64,000 nucleotides of DNA from Bacteroidales bacterium. GTDB lineage: Bacteria > Bacteroidota > Bacteroidia > Bacteroidales > UBA3824. The translations under genes were made by a program, and so were the position numbers. The stretch's first letter is position 1. Every line of letters starts with the position of its first letter. The notes below the pieces were generated by a model, which was not told the DNA's origin, did no database searches, and worked only from the letters and a program-made list of their open reading frames with translations. Shown here piece by piece: positions 1-8,459 of this stretch. Where the stretch lies: NCBI GenBank assembly GCA_016293845.1, contig JAEDDH010000010.1, positions 4,104 through 68,103 of the forward strand, in the 5' to 3' direction.

Positions 1-1235
1 TCTGACTTTGTGATAATATCAGCCTTGATGTAAGGTTCTTCGATATGGCTGATGGCTTTTTGTTCGGGCAATCCTGCGGGGTTGTGCACCTCTATCATTT
101 CGCCTTTGGTGGTAAACACCTTATATGAAACGTTTGGCACAGTGGTGATAACGTCCATGTTAAATTCGCGCGAAAGACGCTCTTGCACAATGTCCATGTG
201 CAACATTCCCAAGAATCCGCAGCGGAAACCAAATCCGAGGGCTATCGACGATTCGGGTGTAAAGGTGAGCGATGCGTCGTTGAGTTGCAGTTTTTCGAGC
301 GATGTGCGTAGCTCTTCGTATTCGTCGGTTTCTATTGGGTAAACGCCCGCATACACCATAGGCTTTACTTCGGCAAAACCTTCTATTGCTTTGGTGCATG
401 GGTTTTCTACGTGGGTAATGGTGTCGCCCACTTTTACTTCGGTGGCTTGCTTTATGCCTGAAATTATGTATCCTACGTTTCCGGCAGAGATTTCGGCGCG
501 AGGACGGAGGTTCATTTCGAGTATGCCCACTTCGTCGGCGTTGTACTCTTTTTTGGTGTTTACAAATTTTACGCGATCGTTGGTTTTGAGCGTTCCGTTG
601 TAGATGCGGAAATATGCTATAATGCCGCGGAATGGATTGAACACCGAGTCGAATATCAGCGCTTGCAATGGAGCTTCGGGGTCGCCTTCGGGAGCGGGCA
701 CTTTTTCTATTATAGTGTCTAAGATACGTTCTACGCCTAACCCTGTTTTGCCCGAAGCTTCGATAATTTCTTCGCGTTTGCCGCCGATGAGTTCTATAAT
801 CTGGTCTTTTACCTCTTCGGGTTTTGCGGCGGGCATATCCATCTTGTTGAGCACGGGGATAATTTCGAGGTTGTTTTCGATAGCCATGTACACGTTTGAG
901 ATGGTTTGCGCCTGAATACCCTGTGTGGCGTCAATTACGAGCAGAGCGCCCTCGCAAGCGGCAATGCTCCGGCTCACCTCGTACGAAAAATCCACGTGTC
1001 CGGGAGTGTCGATGAGGTTTAGCACATAGTTTTCGCCATTGTAGCGGTGCTGCATCTGTATAGCGTGACTTTTGATAGTGATGCCGCGTTCGCGTTCCAA
1101 GTCCATATCGTCGAGCACTTGATTGGTGAGGTCTTTTTCGTTGATGGTTTTGGTGTATTGCAGCAGACGGTCGGCGAGAGTGCTCTTGCCGTGGTCGATA
1201 TGCGCTATTATGCAGAAGTTACGAATGTTTTTCAT
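1..1235 (-). CDS. lepA: Elongation factor 4 (LepA), N-terminal part; the 3' end lies beyond the window start
   Basis: Reverse-strand translation from the ATG at 1235-1233 reads [28 protein letters not shown]...[38 protein letters not shown]. These are the G1/G3 translational GTPase motifs in typical LepA order. The ORF is open to position 1, so it is absent from the ORF track. Confidence 0.95.
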   Translation of the reverse strand, partial: MKNIRNFCIIAHIDHGKSTLADRLLQYTKTINEKDLTNQVLDDMDLERERGITIKSHAIQMQHRYNGENYVLNLIDTPGHVDFSYEVSRSIAACEGALLVIDATQGIQAQTISNVYMAIENNLEIIPVLNKMDMPAAKPEEVKDQIIELIGGKREEIIEASGKTGLGVERILDTIIEKVPAPEGDPEAPLQALIFDSVFNPFRGIIAYFRIYNGTLKTNDRVKFVNTKKEYNADEVGILEMNLRPRAEISAGNVGYIISGIKQATEVKVGDTITHVENPCTKAIEGFAEVKPMVYAGVYPIETDEYEELRTSLEKLQLNDASLTFTPESSIALGFGFRCGFLGMLHMDIVQERLSREFNMDVITTVPNVSYKVFTTKGEMIEVHNPAGLPEQKAISHIEEPYIKADIITKS

Positions 1236-1277
1236 CGCAGGGTAAGTTTATTATTTCAGCCGCAAATATAAAAACTT

Positions 1278-3146
1278 TTACAAATTAATGCAAATTCCAC
1301 CCATAAAGGTTGCTTTGGGCATAGCGAATCCTGCGTAGGTTTGATACTCTTTGTTGAGGAGGTTTCCGCCCTTAACAAATAATTTGAGCCAAGGTAGAAG
1401 TTTGTAAGATACGTTGGCGTTGATAAGGTTGTAATCTTCTGTTTCGGCATTGTTTCCTGTGCTGATATACAATCCATAAATGCTCTGTTCGCTAATCTTT
1501 GCGGAGAATTTGCCATTAGTGTATTGCACAGCAAAATAGATTTTGTTTTCGGGTGCACCAGTAACGGGAGTGTCCATATCGAGCAACGAATAGTTTAAAT
1601 TAAATCTCCATGCGCCGTAAGTGTATGCTGCCGAAAGTTCACAACCTTTGTTTTCAAATTCGCCTGTGTTCATATTTATCTTGCCAGCTCCGTTGGTGCG
1701 GGGAACGGTGGTGATGAGGTTGTCACCTTTTATATAATAGATGTTGGCGCCAAAGTTGAATTTTCGGATTTTTTTGGTGTAAGATAGTTCGTAGTTGATC
1801 ATACGCTCAGGTTCGAGGTTTTCGTTTTGAGGCGGAAACATATACATCTCGCGGATAATTGGGTTGCGGAATCCTTTGGACACCAACAGTTTGATATTGT
1901 CGTCGGATGGAGTGTAAAACGATACTCCCGCCTGAGGAATAATTTCGGTGCCGGCTTGCGAATGGTGGTCGATTCTTACGCCCAAATCGGCAGAAAACCA
2001 CGATGTAATTTGTTGGTTGTAATCAATATAGCCTGCAATGTCGGTTTGGTTGTGGTCTTCTACAAGGTATTTTTTGTCGCCAGAGAAAAAGTTGTTCCAA
2101 GCCTCGCCGCCAAATGTCTGAAAATCTGCGCCCACAGTAAAGCGCGAACCGCTAAATGGCGAAAAGTTTTGATATGCAGTTGCTCCGGTAATAAAGTCGT
2201 CGTGCATATAAAGGTTGTCTTTTTCGGGCTGACCCCAAAGGTGTCCGTCGTTGATTTCGTGGTGTCCCCAATCGTAGAATAGGCGGATACATCCCGAAGT
2301 GTTTTTGTAATTGTTTGTTGCAGAAATGCTTGCAAGTCCGCGAATAATGTCGGCTTTGGTGTCGAAGAGCGGTGCGTCTTCGGGTCCGGGGTTGTTAAAT
2401 TCAAAGTAAGTAAGGTTGACATCGCCGTTGAGAGTCCAATTTTTGTTAATGTCGTAACCCACTTTGATAAAGTCTGAAATCTGCTCAAATGCAGAATTAA
2501 ATCGGTGCCCGTCGGTGCGTTGATAACTTGCACCAAACACAGCCGAAAATTTGCCTTTGCGTACGCGAGCCATTCCATTGCCTTCAAATGTGCCGTAACT
2601 TCCGCCCGAAAGCATAAAGTTGGTGTGCACTCCGTCGGTTTTGTCGGCGTTGCGGGTAACGATGTTGATAACGCCTGCCATAGCGTTTGAGCCATAAAGC
2701 AGCGACGACGGGCCGCGCAAAATCTCTACCTTGTCTGCCATAAAAGATTGGTATGCGTCGGGAACCGGGTGACCCATCAAACCGGCAAACTGTGGCTGAC
2801 CGTCGATAAGCACAAGCATTTGAGCACCATCGCCCACGCCGCGCACCTTGATTCCTCCGGCAGAGTTGGTAGAAACTCCATAACCTATCATGCCTCGCGA
2901 TGTGGCAAAAAGTCCGGGAGTCTCTTCTACGATAGATGGAAGCATAGAAATATTGTATCCCTCAGCAAGTTTTTCGTTGCTAATTTGAGTAATAGTGAGT
3001 GGCAGATAGCGCACGTCGGTGGCAGTGCGAGTGCCTGTTATCACCACCTCGGGATGGTAAACCATTCTTTCGATAATAGTGTCGCCCTGTGCAAAAGCAC
3101 CTTGTACGGCGCACATAGCGGCAATTGCTAAAAGTGATTTTTTCAT
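1278..3146 (-). CDS. TonB-dependent outer membrane receptor (plug + beta-barrel)
   Basis: ORF 1278..3182. I prefer the start at MKKSLLAIAAMCAVQGAFAQ (signal peptide, ATG at 3146). It has a plug-like N-terminus (VVITGTRT..., ILRGPSSLLYGSNAMAGVINIVT) and a C-terminal aromatic barrel end (...FMGGICINL). Confidence 0.85.
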   Translation of the reverse strand: MKKSLLAIAAMCAVQGAFAQGDTIIERMVYHPEVVITGTRTATDVRYLPLTITQISNEKLAEGYNISMLPSIVEETPGLFATSRGMIGYGVSTNSAGGIKVRGVGDGAQMLVLIDGQPQFAGLMGHPVPDAYQSFMADKVEILRGPSSLLYGSNAMAGVINIVTRNADKTDGVHTNFMLSGGSYGTFEGNGMARVRKGKFSAVFGASYQRTDGHRFNSAFEQISDFIKVGYDINKNWTLNGDVNLTYFEFNNPGPEDAPLFDTKADIIRGLASISATNNYKNTSGCIRLFYDWGHHEINDGHLWGQPEKDNLYMHDDFITGATAYQNFSPFSGSRFTVGADFQTFGGEAWNNFFSGDKKYLVEDHNQTDIAGYIDYNQQITSWFSADLGVRIDHHSQAGTEIIPQAGVSFYTPSDDNIKLLVSKGFRNPIIREMYMFPPQNENLEPERMINYELSYTKKIRKFNFGANIYYIKGDNLITTVPRTNGAGKINMNTGEFENKGCELSAAYTYGAWRFNLNYSLLDMDTPVTGAPENKIYFAVQYTNGKFSAKISEQSIYGLYISTGNNAETEDYNLINANVSYKLLPWLKLFVKGGNLLNKEYQTYAGFAMPKATFMGGICINL

Positions 3147-3317
3147 ATAAATGTGAATATTAGAATATCTAAAATATCGCAAATGTATCGATAAAATGAG
3201 AAAATCAAAAATGTAATAATGCAGTGCGAGAGTAGTTATATTTTATCACAAATTTTTTTTTCATTCATTTTGTTCATTTTTTTTGGTTAATTAACAGAGA
3301 TATTCTACTTTTGGCTC

Positions 3318-5777
3318 GTGGACAATTTAGACGACATAAACCTCTTAAAAGAGGCGGTAGAACAAAAATTCGGTGCTAAGATTCTTTACGCTAAGGATTG
3401 TGCCGTCCTCTCTGATAGTGTGTTCGAGGCCACGGGCAACAAGATTAGCGAAACTACTATCAAGCGACTGTGGAACCTCGTGGCAAGTGTATTTAACCCA
3501 TCTAAATACACTCTCAACTCGTTTAGCAAGTATATAGGCTACGAAGATTGGGACGATTTTGTAACCAACCGCCACAGCGTTACCAAAAACGCCGAAAACA
3601 TCGAAAAGTGGGAGCAGATTCGCCAAAAGGCACGCGCCATCAGTTACAACAGTTTCCTCTCGGTAAAAAACCGTATGAGTGTGGAGCTGCGCAATACTGT
3701 GCATCGTAAGTTTGCCGACAAGATGTTCGACGGTTTTCTTTCTTCCGACAAAACAGCCACTGCTTTTATTGCTCCGGGCGGATATGGCAAATCTACCATA
3801 GTGTCGGGGTTGGTCAACGACTTTTTCCTTGCCGAAAATGCTAAATATCCCGACGATATTGTTTGGTTTATGGATTGTGGGATTTTTGATAGCGTCACCA
3901 CCGAAGATTTTGACGTAGAGCGTTTTATACTCCGTCTTTTGGGATACGACAGCATCAAGAGTTTTAAAGAATACTTTGATGAGTTTCCGGCTGCTGTGCG
4001 TGGTCGCATAGTGCTCGTATTTGACGGACTTACGGAGTTTTCGGGTAATGAAGGCAGCACCAAACGCCTTATTAATTATATACTTTCGCTAATTGCTTCA
4101 AACAAAGAGGTTAGATGGTTTAAAGTGGCTATGACCCTCCGTCCCGACCTTTGGAACTATATCTGCCGCACTCTCAGCGATAGTGGGGACATCAAAGATA
4201 CGTGGTATGGTGTTGAGTTTTCAACATCGGCGTCGGTTGCCATTAATGTTCCGCTGCTTAAAATGGGCGAGGTGGAGCAGATTATCCGCAACAGCGGCGT
4301 TTACGATGATTCTTCGGTGATAAACGTGATGCAAGAGGGTATATTAAATATTACACGTATCCCATATTTCTTGCACCTTTATATATCGTTGGCACAGGTA
4401 AACAAGAGTATTGTGTCGGATACCGACCTTTTGCGCGAATTTGTTAGCCGCAAAATTATTGGCACCGAAAACGGAAGTCGCAAACTTAAACTTATTGATT
4501 TCCTTTTGTTTAGTACCAATTACGGTTTAGATAATGATATTGTGGTGAAAGCAGGTTTGCAAAATTTGCTCAGCGATTATAAAACCGAGTTTGACCAACT
4601 TGTGTCGCTTGGTGTGCTCTACGAATATACGGTAGAGGATAAATTCCTGTCCACAGCCACCTACGTTAAGTTTAATCATCAGATACTTTTTGAGTTTCTT
4701 CTGGCTAACTATTGGCTTAGGGAAAGTACATTTGATCGCGAGCTTTTTGCCGAGGTGTCAGAGTTTTACAGCGGTAATCCATCGTTGAAGTTTCAAATTG
4801 TATCGTGGCTAATTAAATACGCATTCAAAGACCGCCGTACGGATATTATTTCGGGTATTTTTGATATTTTGGAAAAGAATTTTGCCAATCTCGAAGATCA
4901 AACCTACATTATGAAACTTGTTAGTACTGTGGGTTTTGAGCTTCGCAAATATCCTGATATCCGCGCCGAAGTGCTGCCTGTGTATGCCTCTACGCCTTCG
5001 GGAAGGTTTTACTATTTTATGCATTTTTGCGATATCGATTCGCTCAACGCGTTTTATGGTGATGCTCTAAAATTATATGTAAAAAATTCTGTTTCGGTGG
5101 GCGACAAACTTTTTGCCTACACCATCAAATTGCAACAGGGATTCTTTAACCGCGATCAAAAAATGCTTTCGGAGTATTTCTCGATGGTAGAATCTCTTGA
5201 TATTCCGCACGACGACAATGTTTGCTATATTGAGTTTATGTCGGTGCAAGTGTTATATTATTCTATGAACGAAGGTCGTATACCCGCCTCCTTGTTAGAT
5301 TACATTTCTAATTTTGCGCAAGAGTATTACAGACACACCGAAAATCTTACACAGTCGTTTACTTATGGTGATATTATACTTGCCGATTCGCTGTCTCTTG
5401 CCGAGCAATGGAATTTGGTAAAGGATATTAGCGAGTTGATTTTCAGTAATAAACATTTTAGTCAACGCAAACTAATAAGCGAATATTTCCAACAATTGCA
5501 AGTGCTTTATGCATATTCGCTGCTCAAAACGGGTCACACCAAAAAGGCGACTGAGTATTTTGAAAGCATAGTAGAAAAACGCGAAGCATTTCCTGTTTCT
5601 GCCACCAACTATTGGAACATGCGTTTTTGCGAAATTGCCGCAGCCTTTTATTCAGCCGACAGCGACATTCATTCCGACTATATTAAAAAAGGTCTTGCGA
5701 TATCTAAATGCTTTAAATTCACTTACTTTGAAAAGAAATTCCAACAAATGCTCCGCCGTATGAAAACAAGGTGGTAG
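3318..5777 (+). CDS. STAND NTPase with a NACHT-like P-loop domain, an unassigned ~130-aa N-terminal domain and a helical-repeat C-terminus
   Basis: 819-aa ORF with a GTG start. Walker A is APGGYGKST (nt 3777-3797). Walker B is IVLVFDGLTEF, matching the NACHT hhhhDGLDE signature. The long alpha-helical C-terminal half has TPR-like composition. Confidence 0.6.
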   Translation: MDNLDDINLLKEAVEQKFGAKILYAKDCAVLSDSVFEATGNKISETTIKRLWNLVASVFNPSKYTLNSFSKYIGYEDWDDFVTNRHSVTKNAENIEKWEQIRQKARAISYNSFLSVKNRMSVELRNTVHRKFADKMFDGFLSSDKTATAFIAPGGYGKSTIVSGLVNDFFLAENAKYPDDIVWFMDCGIFDSVTTEDFDVERFILRLLGYDSIKSFKEYFDEFPAAVRGRIVLVFDGLTEFSGNEGSTKRLINYILSLIASNKEVRWFKVAMTLRPDLWNYICRTLSDSGDIKDTWYGVEFSTSASVAINVPLLKMGEVEQIIRNSGVYDDSSVINVMQEGILNITRIPYFLHLYISLAQVNKSIVSDTDLLREFVSRKIIGTENGSRKLKLIDFLLFSTNYGLDNDIVVKAGLQNLLSDYKTEFDQLVSLGVLYEYTVEDKFLSTATYVKFNHQILFEFLLANYWLRESTFDRELFAEVSEFYSGNPSLKFQIVSWLIKYAFKDRRTDIISGIFDILEKNFANLEDQTYIMKLVSTVGFELRKYPDIRAEVLPVYASTPSGRFYYFMHFCDIDSLNAFYGDALKLYVKNSVSVGDKLFAYTIKLQQGFFNRDQKMLSEYFSMVESLDIPHDDNVCYIEFMSVQVLYYSMNEGRIPASLLDYISNFAQEYYRHTENLTQSFTYGDIILADSLSLAEQWNLVKDISELIFSNKHFSQRKLISEYFQQLQVLYAYSLLKTGHTKKATEYFESIVEKREAFPVSATNYWNMRFCEIAAAFYSADSDIHSDYIKKGLAISKCFKFTYFEKKFQQMLRRMKTRW

Positions 5778-5796
5778 ATATTTAAACTAATTATAC

Positions 5797-5841
5797 AAAA
5801 ACCTCCGCTGGAATGTCTTTTAACATTTTGGCGGAGGTTTT
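5797..5841. terminator. Bidirectional intrinsic terminator between convergent genes
   Basis: AAAACCTCCGC (5797-5808) pairs with GCGGAGGTTTT (5831-5841). The stem is flanked by an A-run and a T-run and sits between the 3' ends of 3318..5777 (+) and 5873..7309 (-). Confidence 0.6.
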
Positions 5842-5872
5842 ATTTGCATGTGTATTATACTAACTTCAAAAA

Positions 5873-7309
5873 TTATTCAAATAATGCTTTTTCGTAGTAT
5901 TTTTTACGTCCAATAATAATCGACATTCCGGTTTGGAAGTTTACCATGTTGGTTTTTCTGATCCATTTGTCTGCCATATTGCTGCCGTTCATACTCCAAA
6001 ACAGGGGTGAAAATTGGTCGAATATAAAATATAATTGTATCGGTCCCAATTGTTGCGATAATCCTAAGCCCCATACGTTTGCACGGCGGTTGATAAACGA
6101 TTGCGAAACGCTAATCTGCGTGCCTCTGCCAAATCGGAAATTAACCGAAGAGGTAAGCGACGGATGTAGGTGCTTATTGTAAAACATTGCGCGAAACATC
6201 ATGCCAAGGTCGATACATTTGTTGAGATGATATTTGCCCGAAAGGTAGATTTTTGTGTTGAGCCAATCGGTATATCCTTTGCTGTTGTCGCTTGGGGTGG
6301 CAAATGCTGCGATAGAGTCTTCCATTACCTGGCCGAGCGAATCTAAGTTGTTGAAATATTTGGCAAGGTCCACACCAGTAAAGTCAAATGTGCCTTTTTG
6401 CTCTAATGTTACGCCATATTTTTTCCATTTGATTGCGCCAAGGTCGATAACCGAACCAGCAAACGACCATTTGTCGTCTAATTCGTATGTCATGCCGAGG
6501 TCAACTGCCCATCCGCCGTTTTTGGTAAAAAACATTTTTTTCTTTTCGCTTGTGGTCATGTTTTCGAGGTCGTTGATATTGGCAGCGTATACACTGTCGA
6601 TTCTACCTTTTTCGTCGTAGACAAATTTTAAATCTGCGCCAGAACCAATTTGAAACTTAACATCAGTTTTTAAACTCATATCGTACATGTCGTCGTCGGT
6701 GGTAAGCACCATATCGCATTTTCGGGTGCGCAAATTGCCAATACCTTTTAAGCGTTTGATAGCTGCGCCAAAGTTGATCTTGTCGGAAAACTCGCGCGAA
6801 TAACCAAACGAATATTGTATAAATGCATTAGCTTTGACATCCATTCCGCTAAGGTCGGTGGTGCTTTCTTTGTCGAAATATGTACCATCTTTAAGTTTTA
6901 AAAGATCTTTGGGATAGGCAAAGTTTTCGTAACCTCTAATGGATACACCTGCATGAGCATAACCTTCGCCAATGCGGAAACCGAAGTTGAATAATTGTAC
7001 ATTGGCTTCGGCAAATTGATAGTTGTTTTTGTGTAATTTGCCGTAAATTTTGTCGAGATCGATGATATACTTGTCGCCATTTGCTATGTGTTTAAACATA
7101 TCGTTGACGGCAAAACCCGAGTTGCCAAACCCACCGTAAACATCGTATATTGACACATACACTTTGCAATGAGGGTTAACAACGGGATTGTATATGTTGA
7201 TGTTTGGAATATTATCCATAAAGTAGCCTGTAAGGGATTGTGCTCCGGCTGTTGCGCTTGTGAGAGCCAATGCGGCTGTTAGCGCAATATTTTTAATAGT
7301 GTTTTTCAT
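5873..7309 (-). CDS. Outer-membrane beta-barrel protein of unknown function (FadL/TraF/PorV-like size)
   Basis: 478 aa. Signal peptide MKNTIKNIALTAALALTSATAGAQS, alternating amphipathic beta-strand composition and an aromatic-rich C-terminus. It is the last gene of a three-gene minus-strand operon. Confidence 0.6.
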   Translation of the reverse strand: MKNTIKNIALTAALALTSATAGAQSLTGYFMDNIPNINIYNPVVNPHCKVYVSIYDVYGGFGNSGFAVNDMFKHIANGDKYIIDLDKIYGKLHKNNYQFAEANVQLFNFGFRIGEGYAHAGVSIRGYENFAYPKDLLKLKDGTYFDKESTTDLSGMDVKANAFIQYSFGYSREFSDKINFGAAIKRLKGIGNLRTRKCDMVLTTDDDMYDMSLKTDVKFQIGSGADLKFVYDEKGRIDSVYAANINDLENMTTSEKKKMFFTKNGGWAVDLGMTYELDDKWSFAGSVIDLGAIKWKKYGVTLEQKGTFDFTGVDLAKYFNNLDSLGQVMEDSIAAFATPSDNSKGYTDWLNTKIYLSGKYHLNKCIDLGMMFRAMFYNKHLHPSLTSSVNFRFGRGTQISVSQSFINRRANVWGLGLSQQLGPIQLYFIFDQFSPLFWSMNGSNMADKWIRKTNMVNFQTGMSIIIGRKKYYEKALFE

Positions 7310-7327
7310 TTTGAGTGATTTATTAAG

Positions 7328-8449
7328 TTAGTCTTTGGTTGTAAATCCGGCTTCTGCGCACATCGACATTCTAAGGTCGAGCGATTGGCTTTCGGTTATG
7401 TTAACATATTTGGTTTGGTCTGTAGTTATCACAATGTCGTAAATAATTCTGTCACATTTGGCGTTAGACAATTTTTCGAGACGTTTTTTATCGATTGTGC
7501 TAATTTGATCGGCAGCAGTGGTTTGTGTAATGTTGCCTTGTGCGTCGGTTTTGGCGGCTTCAATATTCCAAGGACCTTGAGTAAATATTGAGTCAACGAT
7601 TACAGAACCTTTTCCCAAGAAATATGCTTTGATTTTAAAATCGATAGGCATGCTGTTTTGGGCTTTGCTTTTGATAATTAGTTGGTCGGCATTTTCGATA
7701 ATATCATCAAGGTCGGCTTCGATAGTGTCGCATACCGAAAAACCACTTGCTTTAATCTCTAACGGAAGGTCTATTACCACATTCACTTTCATTTTGTCGT
7801 CATCATCCAAAGCATCCGCTTGGACTGTGTATGTTAGGATGTAATATTCGGGCATTTGTTTAAGTATTTCTGATAATTCGCCGTTGGTGTTTTCGTTGTT
7901 GACTTTTATCTCTTCGGCAAATTCAGGGTTTTGTGGAACGATAGTGCCCATCAGAGAGCCGTTACCTTTGAAAAATTCAATTTTATTAATCTGGAGGTTA
8001 ATTTTGCTGTTTTTCATCACCTTCTTTTTGAGGGTGAACGATGGGTTTTTAATTAAGATATAACCATTGTCGCGATCGCGATAAATGTCTTGTTTGTCGG
8101 TTACGTATGTTTTTTGCCAAGTTTGAGGAGGTAATCCGAGAGAAGCCAATTCTTCGGGACTAAGCATTGTTGGCAATTTAATCACTTTGTCGTCTTGGTC
8201 TACAATCATGTGAATTAATCCTTTATTGTCGGTAGTAAAGTGGAGTCGCTTGTTGATACTTTCCGCTTTAAAGTCAGAGAATTTCATTTTGGTGTTGATC
8301 AAAGGTGCAGCCGCTTTTCCGTTTATGGCTATCGAGTCGTCGTAATTATCAAACTCTTCAAAGTCGAAATCATCGCGGCACGAATTTAATGCTACTGTTA
8401 ATATCAGCAGTGCACCCGTGATGATTTTTACTAAATAATTTTTTATCAT
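7328..8449 (-). CDS. Lipoprotein, unknown function
   Basis: 373 aa. Signal plus lipobox (LTVALNSC), followed by an acidic D/E-rich linker. It lies 10 nt downstream of the 918-aa gene and 18 nt upstream of the barrel gene. Confidence 0.6.
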   Translation of the reverse strand: MIKNYLVKIITGALLILTVALNSCRDDFDFEEFDNYDDSIAINGKAAAPLINTKMKFSDFKAESINKRLHFTTDNKGLIHMIVDQDDKVIKLPTMLSPEELASLGLPPQTWQKTYVTDKQDIYRDRDNGYILIKNPSFTLKKKVMKNSKINLQINKIEFFKGNGSLMGTIVPQNPEFAEEIKVNNENTNGELSEILKQMPEYYILTYTVQADALDDDDKMKVNVVIDLPLEIKASGFSVCDTIEADLDDIIENADQLIIKSKAQNSMPIDFKIKAYFLGKGSVIVDSIFTQGPWNIEAAKTDAQGNITQTTAADQISTIDKKRLEKLSNAKCDRIIYDIVITTDQTKYVNITESQSLDLRMSMCAEAGFTTKD

Positions 8450-8459
8450 AGTTTTATAG

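Noticed and set aside
3147-3317. A riboswitch (for example cobalamin) upstream of the TonB-dependent receptor.
   Set aside because: The leader is short and AT-rich, with no B12-box-like GCCACTG or other conserved riboswitch core visible.
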